Of a DNA stretch of 64,000 nucleotides, positions 33,190 to 46,845 are shown one piece after another. The number at the start of each line of letters is the position of its first letter. Within the stretch, counting starts at the first letter, position 1. Made by a program: the position numbers and the translations under genes. Source of the DNA: Basidiobolus meristosporus CBS 931.73 (Eukaryota; Fungi; Basidiobolomycota); NCBI GenBank assembly GCA_002104905.1, contig MCFE01000138.1, positions 1 to 64,000 on the forward strand, written 5' to 3'. The notes under the pieces were generated by a model. That model saw only the letters and a list, made by a program, of their open reading frames with translations. It was not told where the DNA came from and ran no database searches.

Positions 33190-34880
33190 CAAATCTTGCA
33201 TCCAGATTTATACCACTGGCTACTAACCCTGGCCTTCAGGTTTGTGCCACAGGCTAATATACTGGGCCTCTAGGCTTGTGCTGTAATCTTCATATCCTGG
33301 CCTTCAGGTTTATACCACAGACCTGTCAACCTGGCTTCTTGGTTTATGGTAGAGACTAGTTACCCTGGCCTCCTTTTTTACACCAAAGACGTGTTAATCC
33401 AACCTCCAAGTTTATGCCACACACTTGTTAAGCTGGCCTTGAGGTTAGTACCATGGATCTGCAATCCTGTCCTCAAGCTTAATGCTGCAGACCAGTAAAT
33501 CTTGCATCCAGGTCTATGCTCTAGGCCAGTTATCCTAGCCTCCAAATATTTGCCACAGACCTGCTTACAAGGCCTTGAGGCTTGTGCTGCAGGATTGTTG
33601 ACCATGCTTCAAGGCTTGTTCCATTACCCTTTAACCTCACCTCCAGGTTTATATTGGTCACCTATTAGCCTGTCCTCCAGGTACATTGCACAGACTAATT
33701 GGCCTGCCATCCAGGTTAATGCTGTTGACCAGTTAACATGGACTCCAATTTATGCCATTGATCTGCTAGCCTGGCCTCCAGACTTGTACAACAGACCTCC
33801 AAGACTGGCTTCCAGGTTATATCACAGACATTTTATCTGTCCTCCAGGCTTGCACCATATAGCTGTTAAACAGGTCTCCAGGTTTATGCTACAGAGTTGT
33901 TTATATGACCTTCAGGTAATGGAACAGACTTGCTAACCTGAGATCAGGGTTAAGGTTATAGACTTGTTATTCTGGCATCCTTGCAGATGCCACAGACCTG
34001 TGAATCTGGCCTTCAACTTTATGGTATAGTCCTGCTAGCCAGGCCCCCAGGCTAACAACACATATATGTGTACCTGGCCTCCAGGTTGATGCTACAGACA
34101 TGGTAGTATGGCCCTCTGGAGTATGCTGTGGTCTTGTGAACCTGGCCACCAATATATTTTGCTGTGATAATGTTGATTACAAATCCAGACATATGCTCTA
34201 GTCCTAAGAATATAGCTTCCAGGCTTATGCCATGGGCCTTTTAACCTGGGCTCCAAGATTATAAACAGACATATTAATCTGGCCTCCAGATCAATGCCAT
34301 AGACCAGTTTCCATTGCCTCAAGGTCTACTCATGAGACTGGCTAACACAGCCTTCAGGTTTAGGCCACAGACTTGTCAGCCATGCCTGATGGCTTATCAT
34401 ACTGACCTGTTAACCTGGCCTCTGGGCTTGTTCCAAAGACTTCATGACCTGCCCTCCAGGTTAATTGCATAGACTAGTTAACTGGACCTTCAGGTTATTG
34501 ACATATACCTGTTAACTTGGCTTCTAGGGATTTACTATCAACTTGCTAACCTAGCATCCTGGTTTATACCACATACTAACTAAGCTGGCCTCTAGGCTGA
34601 TGCCATGGACTTGTAAGCTTGGCTTTCAAATTTATCCCACAGACTTGTTGATCTGGCCTCTAGAATTATGCCACAGAAATATTGGCCTGGCCTCCAGCTT
34701 TAATTCATGGTCTTCTTAAACTGACATCCAGGTATTTGCTATGAAGTTGTATTTTGGTAGCCTAGGTTGATTACATCAAATTGTTTACCTGAGACCTATG
34801 CTTATTTGATATAGCTGTTGGCCTGGTTCACAGGTTTATGCCTAACCTGTGCTAACCTGATACACTAGTCTATGCCATAA
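33190..34880. repeat. 34-bp satellite, block 4 (CACAGAC variant), between two foldback elements
   Basis: Degenerate ..ACCTGGCCTCCAGGTTTATGCCACAGAC.. units. Confidence 0.85.
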
Positions 34881-35019
34881 GTTAGTAAAATGGATTTAGG
34901 TTAGTTTCATAAATGAAATAAACAAGGGGATATGGACAACTCATATGTGCATTAAGCCTCAATAAATAGCTGCACTTCATTTGATTTTTAGGATACATTG
35001 TAATAAGCTGAACTGATTA

Positions 35020-35751
35020 GACTTGTTCCATTGGATAGTGCCACATTGAGCCATGAGTGCCAAATGATGCCATAGTGTGCCAGGGAGGCTAAGTGAGCCT
35101 ATACTTGGCCACAGAGTGTGAATCATAGATCAGCATCTTCATGCAAAGCACCCCCTGTGTTTCACCAATTTTGTTAGAGAAAATCCATTTTCTGACCTTT
35201 TTTTTTAGGTCAATGTTGTGCAGGATGTGTAAGAGCACAAAAGGATTGAAAATATGCATTTGGTACTCAATGCCCATGGCACTCTGAATCTAGCTCCTGT
35301 GGCTTGTAACATGTCACAACAATGCATGGCATTATCTTGGTCCACTGGTACTATCTGGCACTATAAGTGCTTTGTATAGATCTTACTTTGGGGTTAATAA
35401 TTAAATATAGTGCTAGATAGTACCAGTGGACCAAGATAGTGCCATGCATTGTTGTGACATGTTACAAGCCACAGGAGCTAGATTCAGAGTGCCATGGGTA
35501 TTGAGTACCAAATGCATGTCTTCAGTTCTTCTGTGCTTTTGCACATCCTGCATTACATTGATCCACAAAAAAACATCAAAAATTGGACTTTCTCCTGCAT
35601 CAGAGGTGAAACACAGGGGCTGCTTTGCATGAAGATGCAGATCCATGTTTCACACACTGTGGCCAAGTATATGCTCACTTGGCCTCTCTGGCACACTATG
35701 GCATCATTTGGCACTCATGGCTCAATGTGGCACTATCCAACGGAACAAGTC
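35020..35751. mobile_element. Foldback element copy 2, 732 bp, loop inverted relative to copy 1
   Basis: Same TA-flanked termini. The loop AAGTGCTTTGTATAGATCTTAC.. is the reverse complement of the copy-1 loop. Confidence 0.8.
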
Positions 35752-36159
35752 TATTAATAGACTTGCACCTTTGCATAGGGACAATAATTGCCTCAGAGCT
35801 TCAGAGAGCTCCATATGTCAAGGAATGTATCACAAACACAAAAAATTACTGTGTATAATTGCACAGAATATCTCTGTGTTTCAATACTATTGTTTGGTAA
35901 GCCCATTTGAAACTTCTTTGTGGAGTCAAAGCAGTTTTTCATGTATCAGCAATCAGATTGCATACTGATCTGGGCAGTGTAGCCTGGACTGGGGGCACTT
36001 CAAGTATTGGTGCAGAGGCCTGCAACATATTGCCAATGTGTATTTTGCTATATTTTGTAGCTCAAACGCTAAGTGCTCTATATTTGACTTCCTTCAAAGC
36101 TAATATCTAATTGAAGTGTCAGATAGTACTAGCTGAGAAAATGATGTATACTCCTTTGT

Positions 36160-36420
36160 GGTATGTTACTGGCCACAGCAGCTAGATCTAGAGTGCTCTG
36201 CATTTTAGCTATGCTACCTGCATTATTAGGCATTCCAATCTCTTTTATATTATGTAAAATTTGGACATTGAAAATAGGTCCAGAAATGTGTTTCTTCCAT
36301 TAATATAAAGGAAACACAAGGGCTTTTTGGCATAGAGGTGTTAAATACTCCTTCTGAAGTTGTCACTTAGCTGAAAGCTTCTAAAATGCACTGGCACCTT
36401 AAGGCACTGTATGGCACAGA
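36160..36420 (+). mobile_element. Highly decayed foldback arm
   Basis: Remnants GCTAGATCTAGAGTGC..GAAACACAAGGGC..GGCAC match the arm consensus. Confidence 0.4.
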
Positions 36421-37499
36421 TAGCTAGTGGTGGGTCTATCCTGCAGAAAAATAGTAATAGGATATTATGAATGGATGATTCAGGTTCAATTTTTATTCAT
36501 CTCAAGGTGCAGACTCACTGTCCCTTGTATTAATGGAATATAAGGAGCTTGCAGCTTTACATACAAGTAGTTGCACTAATGTTACCACTGTGGGAGTGCT
36601 GTGTTCATGTTTGTAAACTGGAATTGAAAGAAGTGACTCACACTACTTATCTTATTATGTAGACAAAGTGACCATGTATTATCCACAAATTGCTTTTCTC
36701 CTTTTACAACCTAGCTATTCTCATTTACATAATAGGTTATTTGATGATTTATTTTGAAAGATCTAAAATATTAATATTCAACCTATCAACTAAGACATAT
36801 TCAACATCCAAGTGGGCTTTGTTATCTTCAATGTATGAGTGATGTGGGGAAAGTGATGGCATCATGCTGCACAATAACTGACTGCACATTGGAACAGAGC
36901 TTTGAAATGATGATTGCATTGCTATGAATTCTTTTTGATATGAAATATCTGTCATCCAAAAATATATATTAATCTTAATGTTTGTGCCCCATAGATACAG
37001 GTCAATAGAATGATTGTTTGTGCTGTTGAATAAACTAAACTGAGCCATTTGTAAGCTGGGACCCTACTTAATCTATATACTAGTCAATGTAGGATTTGGG
37101 TTGCTACATTTGGGTTCTTAAATAGGAACTTGGTGTAATGAAATAAGGTCTTTCACTAGATAGTTAGATCAATGCTGCATCATTTCAAGCCTGGAATGCA
37201 AGTGAAATAACTCATCTGTTATCTACCCTGGCAAAAATAGCCAGCCCAGCAGTGGAACAAGTCCAGTCCAAAAAATCAGAACTCTGGTGAGTTTCATTGT
37301 AAGGCAGTCAACCTGTTCTTTTTAGAAGGATTCAAATGCATTGCACCAATACTTGAATTGGCAATTTACATATATACCCCTATGGTTGTCTAATACCCAG
37401 TGAGCAATATCCTGGCACTGTTCTAATAGTGAATAATTGTAATATGCATTAGACATGTTCTGTAGGATGTTGCCACATAACACTAGCTAGTTTATAGTA

Positions 37500-37905
37500 C
37501 AGGATCAATCCGGCACTATCCTGGTCCTCTGGTACTATCTGGCTCTGTTAGTGTATTTTATAGGATCTACTTTGAAAGTAATATTTAAATAGGGGGCAGA
37601 TAGTACTAGTGGACCAAGATAGAACCATGCAATTTTATTGCATATTATCAGCTTCTAGAGCTAGATACAGAGTGCCATGGTTATTGAATACCCAGTGTTG
37701 TCTTCATGTAATATGTGATCTTACACATCATGCACAACATTGATCCCAAAAAAAAAGGTCAAAAAATGAAAATTTGTCAGCACAGCAAGTGAGACTCAAG
37801 GGCAGCTGCGTATGAAGGTGAAGAGCTAGGTTTCCCATGCTGTGACTGCATATAGTTCTACTTGGCCTCTGTGGCACACTTTAGCACAATCCAACAGAAC
37901 AAGTC
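37500..37905. mobile_element. Foldback element copy 3 (loop plus right arm; left arm decayed)
   Basis: CTATCTGGC..loop..GATAGTAC..GCTAGATACAGAGTGCCATGG..GAACAAGTC. Confidence 0.65.
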
Positions 37906-37981
37906 TTTTATCTATTCTGCTGCTTTCTTCTCTGTATGACCTTTGCCTGCATTTACTTGCTAATATGCTGGAATTCTTTAG

Positions 37982-38252
37982 AATTGTTCTGTTGGAGAGT
38001 GCCAAATTGAACCATGAGTGCCAAATAGTGCCACAATGTGCCTGAGGGGCATAGCAGACCTAAACTTAGCCACTGAGTGTGACATATAGTGCTACATCTT
38101 CATGGAAAGCAGCCCCTGTGTTTCACCTACTGTGCTGGAGAAAATCAAATTTTTAGCCTTTTTCTTGAGATCAAAATTGTGCATGATGTGAAAGAGCAGA
38201 GAAAGACCAAAGATATGCATCTGGTACATAATACCCATGGTACTCTGAATGC
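37982..38252. mobile_element. Foldback left arm, truncated (copy 4)
   Basis: TTGTTCTGTTGGAGAGTGCC..GCAGCCCCTGTGTTTCACC..TACCCATGGTACTCTGAAT. Confidence 0.65.
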
Positions 38253-38279
38253 CAACTAAGTTGGTGATTATAGCTCAAT

Positions 38280-39068
38280 AGTTTTCCCTTGGCAAGCTTG
38301 TGGCTTTATTCCCCTTCACATTAGAGTAGAGACAGAACCCAAGTATTCCTAGCAAGCTCTTGCCAGAGGTTGTTTCACCCACTGAACACCCCATACACAA
38401 ACCACTTGAGAGGTGTTGGACATATCTCTCTCTTGGACCTATACACCACCACAGCAGCTTCACAGATCTTCAGTGTCTTTTGATTTTTAGGCTTTGGTAT
38501 AAACACCACTGTGACTCCCTCCCATGCTGTGATAGGTTCTCTGTGAGCTTTATATTTGGGCACTGTTGTTATGCTTTAAAGACTAAATGGTGTTCCTCTG
38601 CTGTTACATTGGAAAATGGTGCATATCTTGGCTGTGACATTGAGCTACTTGAGTTCCTTCTTTGCAGCAGAGATACTGCTCTCACTACCTGAGAAACAAA
38701 TTGCTCTACACATATTATCCACTCATCCTGTTTCTGGACTATTTCCTGATTTCTCTGCATCATTGCATCTTTTCTATCAGCCTCTGCCCTAATTTCCTCA
38801 TTAATGCTTTGGTATGAGCTGACAGCATACTTGCTAACATGGGTGGTGGTGATGTCATGATAGCCATTTGCTGGTCTTCAACTGAAGGCATTGTGTTTGC
38901 TATGTTCTCATCTGCCTGAGCATTACAGGCAGCTAGCAGCTGTGCAAGATTCCTAATGCCTATTTGACTGAGAGCCTGAGGAGTCCACATTACTACCTTT
39001 AGTGGACATGCTGTCAACATGGCCTCTTTTGGATGTAGCCCTGCCTGTTGCACTGAATGTAAAAGCAA
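38280..39068 (-). pseudogene. Decayed ORF divergent from the CACTA transposase (possible accessory gene)
   Basis: Consecutive same-strand ORF pieces with coiled-coil-like text, interrupted by stops. Family not recognised. Confidence 0.3.
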
Positions 39069-41907
39069 GCTGTTGTCCAGCTGCTCTTTTGCTGCTGTCA
39101 GCAGTGGGGTTTGGTTAGGATCCAGAAATATTTGCTTTACTTTTGAGTGGCAAATATATGGAAGTGAGTCAAGCCAAAGGGGGAATAGTCTTATATATAT
39201 GTATGTATATGATGCCCCAAATTTATTTACAATGCTTACAATGGTGGGTCATCATTGAGTCTTACATTCATGTGGGTGCTATGTCACAAATACAAGAATG
39301 TCTTAAACTCACACAAGTATAGACTAATACGTGATAAATTAGTGTTACACTGATGAGTGTCAAACTGTTTGCCACATTGACAAGACTACATTGATTCAAC
39401 ACCATAAGAAAAGAGAAAAAAGACCCTGTGGTCATTGTAGCAGGCCTCTCAGCTATGATGAACACGGACAGCTTGTGAAGTATAACAAGGATCAAGGCCA
39501 GTTTTTTACCACACAGGTCATATTTGACCATTCATCAGTCACTACAGTACCAACTATACTGTGCTGACCACCCGATACTTTTATAAAAGCACCTGGCAGT
39601 ACTTGTCACCATGCGCAAACTGAGTCAGGAGAGTTTGTGACACCTTTAGGCTCACCTCAGCCTTCTGAATATGGCATACAGAGTGATAGCTCTGAAGAAG
39701 AAGGCTCACTGATTGATTGTGAGCCTATCTCCCCTAACAATGGTACCTAGCATGAGCCAGGCAAAATGCCAATATGCTGTGAGGCAACACCCATTGAGAT
39801 CAAAGCCAAGGAAACTTTATTGAGCCAAGTGAGCCCAGTGATTCATCTACTGGTGAATGATGTGATGTTGTGGCTAGAGAAGTGGCATGTTTCCACTAAT
39901 ATTAGTAATGGGGGCTATGAGCATTTACTTCTACTTCTTGCAAAAATCATTCTGGGTTGCAACTTACCATGTACATGGTACAAATGGATAACTATCACAT
40001 GGGTGGCAACATATGATCCAGAGACCATTCTGATACTATCATGTGCTAATAGTTGCATGGCATGCACATCAGAAAATGCCATCATTACAGGTGTCAAACT
40101 TGTCAGGAATCCACTACCCTTTGGGGAAAGCACAGTTCATGCTCCAGATATACTCTGGTCATACCCTGTCTAAAGAAGCTGATGCAGTCCAACATATATT
40201 TGAAGCTATTAAGTACCACACTCAGTATTGTCAGGTGCAAACATGTCCAATGTATTTAATGGCAAGCACCACATACAACTAAGAAGCAAAGGCTACTTTG
40301 AAGGTATGTAGACTATGCCTTTGCCTTGGCACTTGACAAAATCTCTTCAAACAAGTATTCAACCAATAAATCCTGCAGGCCACTGATTTTCACCAACCTG
40401 AATTTGCCACCTCTCTTACAGTATCAGAGAAGAAATCTGATGGTAATCTCACTAGTGTGTGGACCTAAATCACGATCCAACCTAGATAACTCCCCGTATC
40501 CATTGCTGGAAGAATTTTGTATGCTTTCCAGCAGGATAACAGTCAATAGCCATCATATTAAATCTCATATTATTATCTGCATTGGAGATACCCCAGCCAT
40601 CAGAAGGATAGACAGCTTTTCTGGGAACAATGGACTGTATTGCTGCCCAATATGTGGGATCCAAGGAATTTACTGTTGAAATATTGGACTATTTGGTATC
40701 ATTCAGCAGCTAAAATTTACTTAACAATTCCAGACTAGTCTTGGTCACTGTAGGACTCACTTACTGCCTTAACTTTGCCACTTTCTCCAGATATATGATC
40801 TTATGATTATTCCCCTATTGTCAGGATCAAATTAGCACTATTACCAAACATTATGTACTAACCCTGAAACTGTTACAGAATGCTCCTGAATATTGAGAAA
40901 CCCTCCCTACTTGGTATTACAGCTGTATTACTTCTACAAAGGTATAAATACTGAGCTTCTTTATGAATAAACAGCAGTTCAACTATTATCACTATTTCTT
41001 GATAAGTTTCATATATCCAAATCACTTCTTAAATTGCAATATTCACTCCATAACTCACACATACTACTATTACCCAAATACCAACACTAATAACATCATC
41101 TTCCCATAGAGAGAATGACAGAAATCAGCATGCATTTGCAGCAAAGCTAGCAAGCTCTAAGCTATTGGCTGAATATGTGATACTTGAGATAGTGTGTATC
41201 TGTAGGAGCAAAAGCTTTCCGCTGGGAGTGGTGCATTTGCTTTCAACAATTTCCCTATACTGATGAACAAGTTGTCAATGGGTCATTTGAAGCTAAATGA
41301 GCCCTTTGAGATACCAGAGAAATCAGAAAGAATTGGCAAGATAATGCAGGGTATCTGCTACTCAAAGTGCTTCTCACTGGCTCCAATCAATATTAATATG
41401 CATTTGCAACAAAACAAGTGCAAGGACTGGATGATCTGGATATCTATTTATTCAAGTGGCCTTTTAAAGCCATTTCTACCAAGATTACATTGGAAGCTTT
41501 GGGAATCATATGTTGACATTATAGGGATACTTATCCAGAAGCAGATCACCAATGCTAACTTAATGCATCCACAGCTTTTGTGCCAGGAGTTTGTGATGGG
41601 ACTTGAGTGACTATGCTATAAACATAAAGCTGAACAGATTGATGTCTGCCCATTGTGCTTGGTTTCTGGAGAATATTGGGCCTTACTTCACCTTTGCGGA
41701 GTTTCCTATAGAGCAGATGTATGGCAAGATAGGAAGACAAGTCAGGTTGCAGGTACTACCATATCCCAATCTCTTCAAGAATATTACCATCAAGTCTGTC
41801 ATGGATGTGATGAGTAGGTACATTAAGGACATTCCAGAAGAGTTGGAAAATACTGAGGACAGATGTGCACATGGAGACATCTATGCCTATGGCATTAGGT
41901 AGTTAAG

Positions 41908-44900
41908 TGTTACAAGTCTTGGTATAAGAGTTGTAGAGGAATAGGGAGTTTAGCTAGTATTGTATTCACTAAAACTTGAACTGATTTTTATTGAGGTTCC
42001 AGCAGCTCCTTATATACATTTTGCCAGATCAATTGCTGACTAATTGTATTTCCTAATGTAGGTTGTGGCTGATGACTCATTTGATTGCATCATCATCACC
42101 CAATAAGATCCTACTTAATATATCTATTTCTGTCTGATAAGGATCTGCTGATTCATTTGCTGACTAATGCTACTGATTTCATAGATAATACTGATGTACT
42201 GATAACCTAAACATATACTAACTGATTTGACTAAAAACTGATCTAACTTAAACATTCAAGCGGCAGATCATAACATTCTCCCCTACTAAAGTTGAGAGGG
42301 TTCTCCTGAATCTCTTTTCTTCTGATACCAATATCTTGATGGTTCAGTATTATCAGCAAGTCTTGCAAGCTTGAGTCTGTCCCTATGCACTAAGTCTTCC
42401 CGGATATTGCCTTGTTTGTCCACCAGTTGGTAAGTTGCAAATGGACATTCTCTGATGATCTTGAATGGTCCTGTCCATTGTGGCTCAAACTTCTTCCGAG
42501 TGTTGTTTCTTAGCAATACAAAGTTCCCAACTGTCAATGCTTCTGGTGCTATAGTCTTATCAAATCTCTGCTTCATCTTTTCTGCACTTTGAGATACTTT
42601 GGTCTGTGCCTCTCGACGTCTTTGGTCCAGTTGCTGGTGTCTACTTGGCTGACTGAGTTCATCTTCTAAGGTGTCTGTAAGCTTTGGTTGTGTGAGATCT
42701 CCTGGAATCCTTGGTTCACATCCATAAACTAAGTAAAATGGTGATTGCTGGGTGGTGTTGTGTACTCTGACTCTGCATGCAAAGAGTGCTTGGTCTATAT
42801 ACTCATCCCATCTACTGACAACTCCATTTGCATACTTGGTCAGCATTTTTCCAAATAATCCATTAAACCGCTCAGTGACTCCATTAGTTCTGGGGTGATA
42901 TGCCGAGGTTTTCAAGTGTCTGATCTGCTGCATTTCCAGGTAAGCCTCTAATGTCTTTGCCATAAAGTTTGCACCTCTATCGGATAAGATCTCCACAGGG
43001 CATCCAAACTTCATCAGGATCTCATGGTAAATGAAACTTGCAACTTCTTGTTCACTGGCTATTGGTACAGCTTTAGCAACTGGCCATTTAGTGGCATGGT
43101 CAATTGCTACTAGGATCCAACGGTTGCATTTCCTGGTAGTTGGCAGTCTTCCAATAAAGTCAATTCCCCATCTCTCAAATGGTCTTACAGGCTCCAAAGG
43201 GAAGAGTTCGGCAATTCTTTGTGGCTGGCCTTGATTGATTTGGCAGTTTGGGCATGTTTTTACTAGCTTCTCAATGTCTTGTTTCATTCTGGGCCACCAT
43301 GCTCTGGCTTTTACAAGGCTATAGGTTCCTTCAATCCCAAGATGTCCATATCCATTGTGTAGCTTATGTATTAAATCCAGGCGAGCAACATAAGGACAAT
43401 AGGCAATAGGGCTTCCATCAACAATTCGGTAGAGTGTTTCATTCTGTACAACAAATTTGCTGGCCTCATCACGGATTATCTTCTTGATATCTTCATCCAC
43501 CTCATTAGGAATGGCTTGGTCCTCCAAGTACTTTGGTAATAGGCTAGGCCAATCTGATTCATGCACCAAGTTGAGTTGTGCAACTTGATCTAATCTTGAT
43601 AAGGCATCAGCAACCGTGTTGTTTTTTCCAGGACAGTAGACAATCTCCAGGTCAAATTGTTGAATGTATTCACTCCATCTTGTCATTCTTCTAGAGAGTA
43701 CCTTCTGAGTAAATATATACTTGAGGGAGGCATGATCAGTCTTCACAGTGCATTTGACTCCTTCAATATAGCATCTCCATGTCTTCAAACAGTGTATTAT
43801 AGCAAGCATCTCCTTCTCATGAACTGGATAGTTTTGTTCTGCTGAGTTCAGTTTCTTGGATTCAAAGGCAACAGGGTAGTCCTTTCCCTCGTGTTCTTGG
43901 CTCAGCACTCCACCAATTGCATAATCTGAAGCATCTGTGCACAGAGTGAACTCTTTTCTGAAGTCTGGTATTCTTAAGCTTGGCAGCTTAGCAAGTTCAT
44001 TCTTTAGTGTCTGGAAGGCAGTCTCACAAGCTATGTCCCACTTGTAGGTATTGTCTTTCTTGAGGATATCAGTTAAAGGGGCTGCAATACTTGCAAATGA
44101 CTTGACAAATCTCCGATAATAGGAAACCATTCCAAGGAAGGATCTGAGTTCTGATATGCTATGGGGCTGCTTCAAATTCTTGATTACTTCCACCTTCTTG
44201 GGGTCTAAGGTTACTCCTGTGCTAGTCACTATGTGTCCCAGATATTCTACGTGTTCTTTGAAGAATTCACACTTGGCTAGCTTGCCGTATAGCTTGTTCT
44301 CTCTTAGTTTCTTCAAGACCTTTTCAATGTGCACCATGTGATCCTTTTCTGTCTTGCTGTATATCAATATGTCATCCAGGTAGATTATCACAAACTTGTC
44401 TAAGTACTCCTGAAAGACAGTCTGCATCAGCGTCATGAATGTTGCAGGGGCATTAGTGAGGCCAAAACTCATGACTAAGTACTCGTAATGTCCATATCTG
44501 GTCCTGAATGCTGTCTTAGGGATATCTTCTGGTTTCACCCTAATCTGGTTGTATCCTGACATGAGGTCGATCTTGCTGAAAATAGTGGCTCCATTAAGTT
44601 GGTCCAAAAGCTCATCAATCCAAGGTATGGGGTACTTATTCTTGACGGTAACTGAGTTCAGGGCTCTGTAGTCAATGCACATCCTAAGTGTTCCATCCTT
44701 CTTTTTCACAAAAAGCACTGGTGCTCCCCAAGGTGACTTGCTGGGCCTGATGTATCCTTGCTCCAATAGCTGATCAATTTGTTTCTTCATTTCCTCCAAT
44801 TCCAATGGACTCATTCTGTAAGGTGTCTTGCTCACTGGAGGGCTATCTCCTGTGTCAATGGCATGATCCACATCTCTGACTGGTGGTAGGCTTACAAGCT

Positions 44901-46845
44901 CATCTGGAAACACGTCTGAATATTTCTTCAAGAGAGTCTGGACCTGCTGGGGTGCTGGGATAGAGGAATCCTCCTGTAATACCGCCATGAGGAACATCTG
45001 GGTACCTTTTCTAAGTGCTCTACAGAACTGGGTCTTGCTAAGTTCACTTGTCTCACACACACTGGAATTGACCAAGTTGAAATCCAGCCTGGCAGGTAAT
45101 AGCTCATAGGTCTTGTTGTCTTTTTGGATCTGAGTAGCATGGGTTCTCCAGTTGATTGATGGATTACGACAAAATAGCCAGGTTTTCCCAAGTACAAGGT
45201 CAAACTTGCAGTTCCCAAATATATAAGCCTGTAGGTCTTCTTCATAGTCATTGATCTTCATTCTTACTGGCTGGGTAATACGGTTGATTATGTGGGAGTT
45301 CCCATCAGCTGTGGAGACTGAAGTTGATTTGGTAGGTTCCGAGTTGATTCCAGCTTTCAAAGCAAATTGCTCTGACATGTACTCATGCGATGCTCCTGAG
45401 TCAATCATGATCTTGGCAGGTACTCCATTGATTGCTCCATTCAGGTACAATAACTTCCCTGAGTTTGAAGTCATTTGGGACAAGTACTCTTCTGTCATAT
45501 GGAAGGTGAGTTCCGAGTCTTCTTCAAGCTCATCTTCCTCATTATTGTGTTCATGGGACTCAATATGGTTGAAGGTTCTTGTTGGCTGGTGTCCATTTCT
45601 TCTCTGAGGGCAGTACTTTGCAATATGTCCCTGCTGGTGGCAATTGAAGCAAAGTCCTCTCTTCTTGCATTCTTCTGAGGAGGGGTTCTTCTGCATAGCG
45701 TCTATTTCCATTGGTACTGCTTCTGATTGTCTTCTTTCATAATGATTATAGCCTTTCTGACTAGTCACTGTAGGCTTCCCAACTCCAAACATAGCTGAGT
45801 CATAGTCAATGGCAATCTTGATGGCTTCTTCAATAGTCTGAGGTCTTTGGTAATTGACTTCCTTGCAAGTTCTTTCTTTCAACCCATCAATAAAGTATTC
45901 AACTTGATCCAAGGGGTCCATTCTTTCAATTTGTCCAAGTAGACATCTGTACTCATAGATGTATTCTTGCACCATTCCTTTCTGTCTGAGTGTCTTTAAC
46001 TTCCTTCTTAGTAGTGTCTGCTGGTGTGGAGGTTCAAAAGCATCCTGAATTTCCGACACAAACTCATCCCAGGTAGAGATTGTAGAGCATCCCATCATAG
46101 TAGCTGACCTGATCTTGTTGTGGTACCACTGTAAAGCTGCATCTGCCAGGTAAGAAGCTGCATAATGCAACTTGCTCTCTGGAGCAATTCCTTTAGCTTT
46201 AAAAGCTTCTTCAATCTGAAAGAGCCAAGTTCCCAGGTTTTCATTGACTCTGCCATGGTACCAGTTGACCTTCACACTAAAGTTACTCTTGACAGGGCTT
46301 TGCTGGCTCTGAGCCATGGTAGTCATTCCTTGTTGCTGTTGGCTGAGGATCTGGAGTAGCTGTTGCTGTTGGGCCAGGATTTGCTGCATGGCATTCTTCC
46401 ATTCTTGATTGTCCGACATCTTGAGGGTGGTTTCTTCTTTCTTCAGGAGGGAGGTTTCTGGTTATCGCTGCTACCAATGTTACAAGTCTTGGTATAAGAG
46501 TTGTAGAGGAATAGGGAGTTTAGCTAGTATTGTATTCACTAAAACTTGAACTGATTTTTATTGAGGTTCCAGCAGCTCCTTATATACATTTTGCCAGATC
46601 AATTGCTGACTAATTGTATTTCCTAATGTAGGTTGTGGCTGATGACTCATTTGATTGCATCATCATCACCCAATAAGATCCTACTTAATATATCTATTTC
46701 TGTCTGATAAGGATCTGCTGATTCATTTGCTGACTAATGCTACTGATTTCATAGATAATACTGATGTACTGATAACCTAAACATATACTAACTGATTTGA
46801 CTAAAAACTGATCTAACTTAAACATTCAAGCGGCAGATCATAACA
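41908..46845 (-). mobile_element. Full-length Ty3/gypsy LTR retrotransposon, 4,938 bp, TSD TAAG
   Basis: 368-bp LTRs at 41908-42275 and 46478-46845 (TG..CA, identical by eye). PBS TGGTAGCAGCG at 46466-46476 (initiator-Met-like). PPT at 42276-42287. TAAG on both flanks. Confidence 0.97.
42286..46419 (-). CDS. Gag-Pol polyprotein, 1377 aa (Gag, CCHC knuckle, protease, RT, RNase H, integrase with GPF tail; no env or chromodomain)
   Basis: [66 protein letters not shown]. Confidence 0.97.
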   Translation of the reverse strand: MSDNQEWKNAMQQILAQQQQLLQILSQQQQGMTTMAQSQQSPVKSNFSVKVNWYHGRVNENLGTWLFQIEEAFKAKGIAPESKLHYAASYLADAALQWYHNKIRSATMMGCSTISTWDEFVSEIQDAFEPPHQQTLLRRKLKTLRQKGMVQEYIYEYRCLLGQIERMDPLDQVEYFIDGLKERTCKEVNYQRPQTIEEAIKIAIDYDSAMFGVGKPTVTSQKGYNHYERRQSEAVPMEIDAMQKNPSSEECKKRGLCFNCHQQGHIAKYCPQRRNGHQPTRTFNHIESHEHNNEEDELEEDSELTFHMTEEYLSQMTSNSGKLLYLNGAINGVPAKIMIDSGASHEYMSEQFALKAGINSEPTKSTSVSTADGNSHIINRITQPVRMKINDYEEDLQAYIFGNCKFDLVLGKTWLFCRNPSINWRTHATQIQKDNKTYELLPARLDFNLVNSSVCETSELSKTQFCRALRKGTQMFLMAVLQEDSSIPAPQQVQTLLKKYSDVFPDELVSLPPVRDVDHAIDTGDSPPVSKTPYRMSPLELEEMKKQIDQLLEQGYIRPSKSPWGAPVLFVKKKDGTLRMCIDYRALNSVTVKNKYPIPWIDELLDQLNGATIFSKIDLMSGYNQIRVKPEDIPKTAFRTRYGHYEYLVMSFGLTNAPATFMTLMQTVFQEYLDKFVIIYLDDILIYSKTEKDHMVHIEKVLKKLRENKLYGKLAKCEFFKEHVEYLGHIVTSTGVTLDPKKVEVIKNLKQPHSISELRSFLGMVSYYRRFVKSFASIAAPLTDILKKDNTYKWDIACETAFQTLKNELAKLPSLRIPDFRKEFTLCTDASDYAIGGVLSQEHEGKDYPVAFESKKLNSAEQNYPVHEKEMLAIIHCLKTWRCYIEGVKCTVKTDHASLKYIFTQKVLSRRMTRWSEYIQQFDLEIVYCPGKNNTVADALSRLDQVAQLNLVHESDWPSLLPKYLEDQAIPNEVDEDIKKIIRDEASKFVVQNETLYRIVDGSPIAYCPYVARLDLIHKLHNGYGHLGIEGTYSLVKARAWWPRMKQDIEKLVKTCPNCQINQGQPQRIAELFPLEPVRPFERWGIDFIGRLPTTRKCNRWILVAIDHATKWPVAKAVPIASEQEVASFIYHEILMKFGCPVEILSDRGANFMAKTLEAYLEMQQIRHLKTSAYHPRTNGVTERFNGLFGKMLTKYANGVVSRWDEYIDQALFACRVRVHNTTQQSPFYLVYGCEPRIPGDLTQPKLTDTLEDELSQPSRHQQLDQRRREAQTKVSQSAEKMKQRFDKTIAPEALTVGNFVLLRNNTRKKFEPQWTGPFKIIRECPFATYQLVDKQGNIREDLVHRDRLKLARLADNTEPSRYWYQKKRDSGEPSQL

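Noticed and set aside
24040-34880. CRISPR array or repetitive protein ORFs in the 34-bp satellite
   Set aside because: No spacers. The 34-nt period is not a multiple of 3, and the short ORFs cycle through all frames with frequent stops.
32317-35757. Recurring 62-87-aa ORF (MGIEYQ..) in foldback arms as a real gene
   Set aside because: Two arms differ by about 7 synonymous versus 21 non-synonymous codon changes, close to neutral, and one arm has an early stop.
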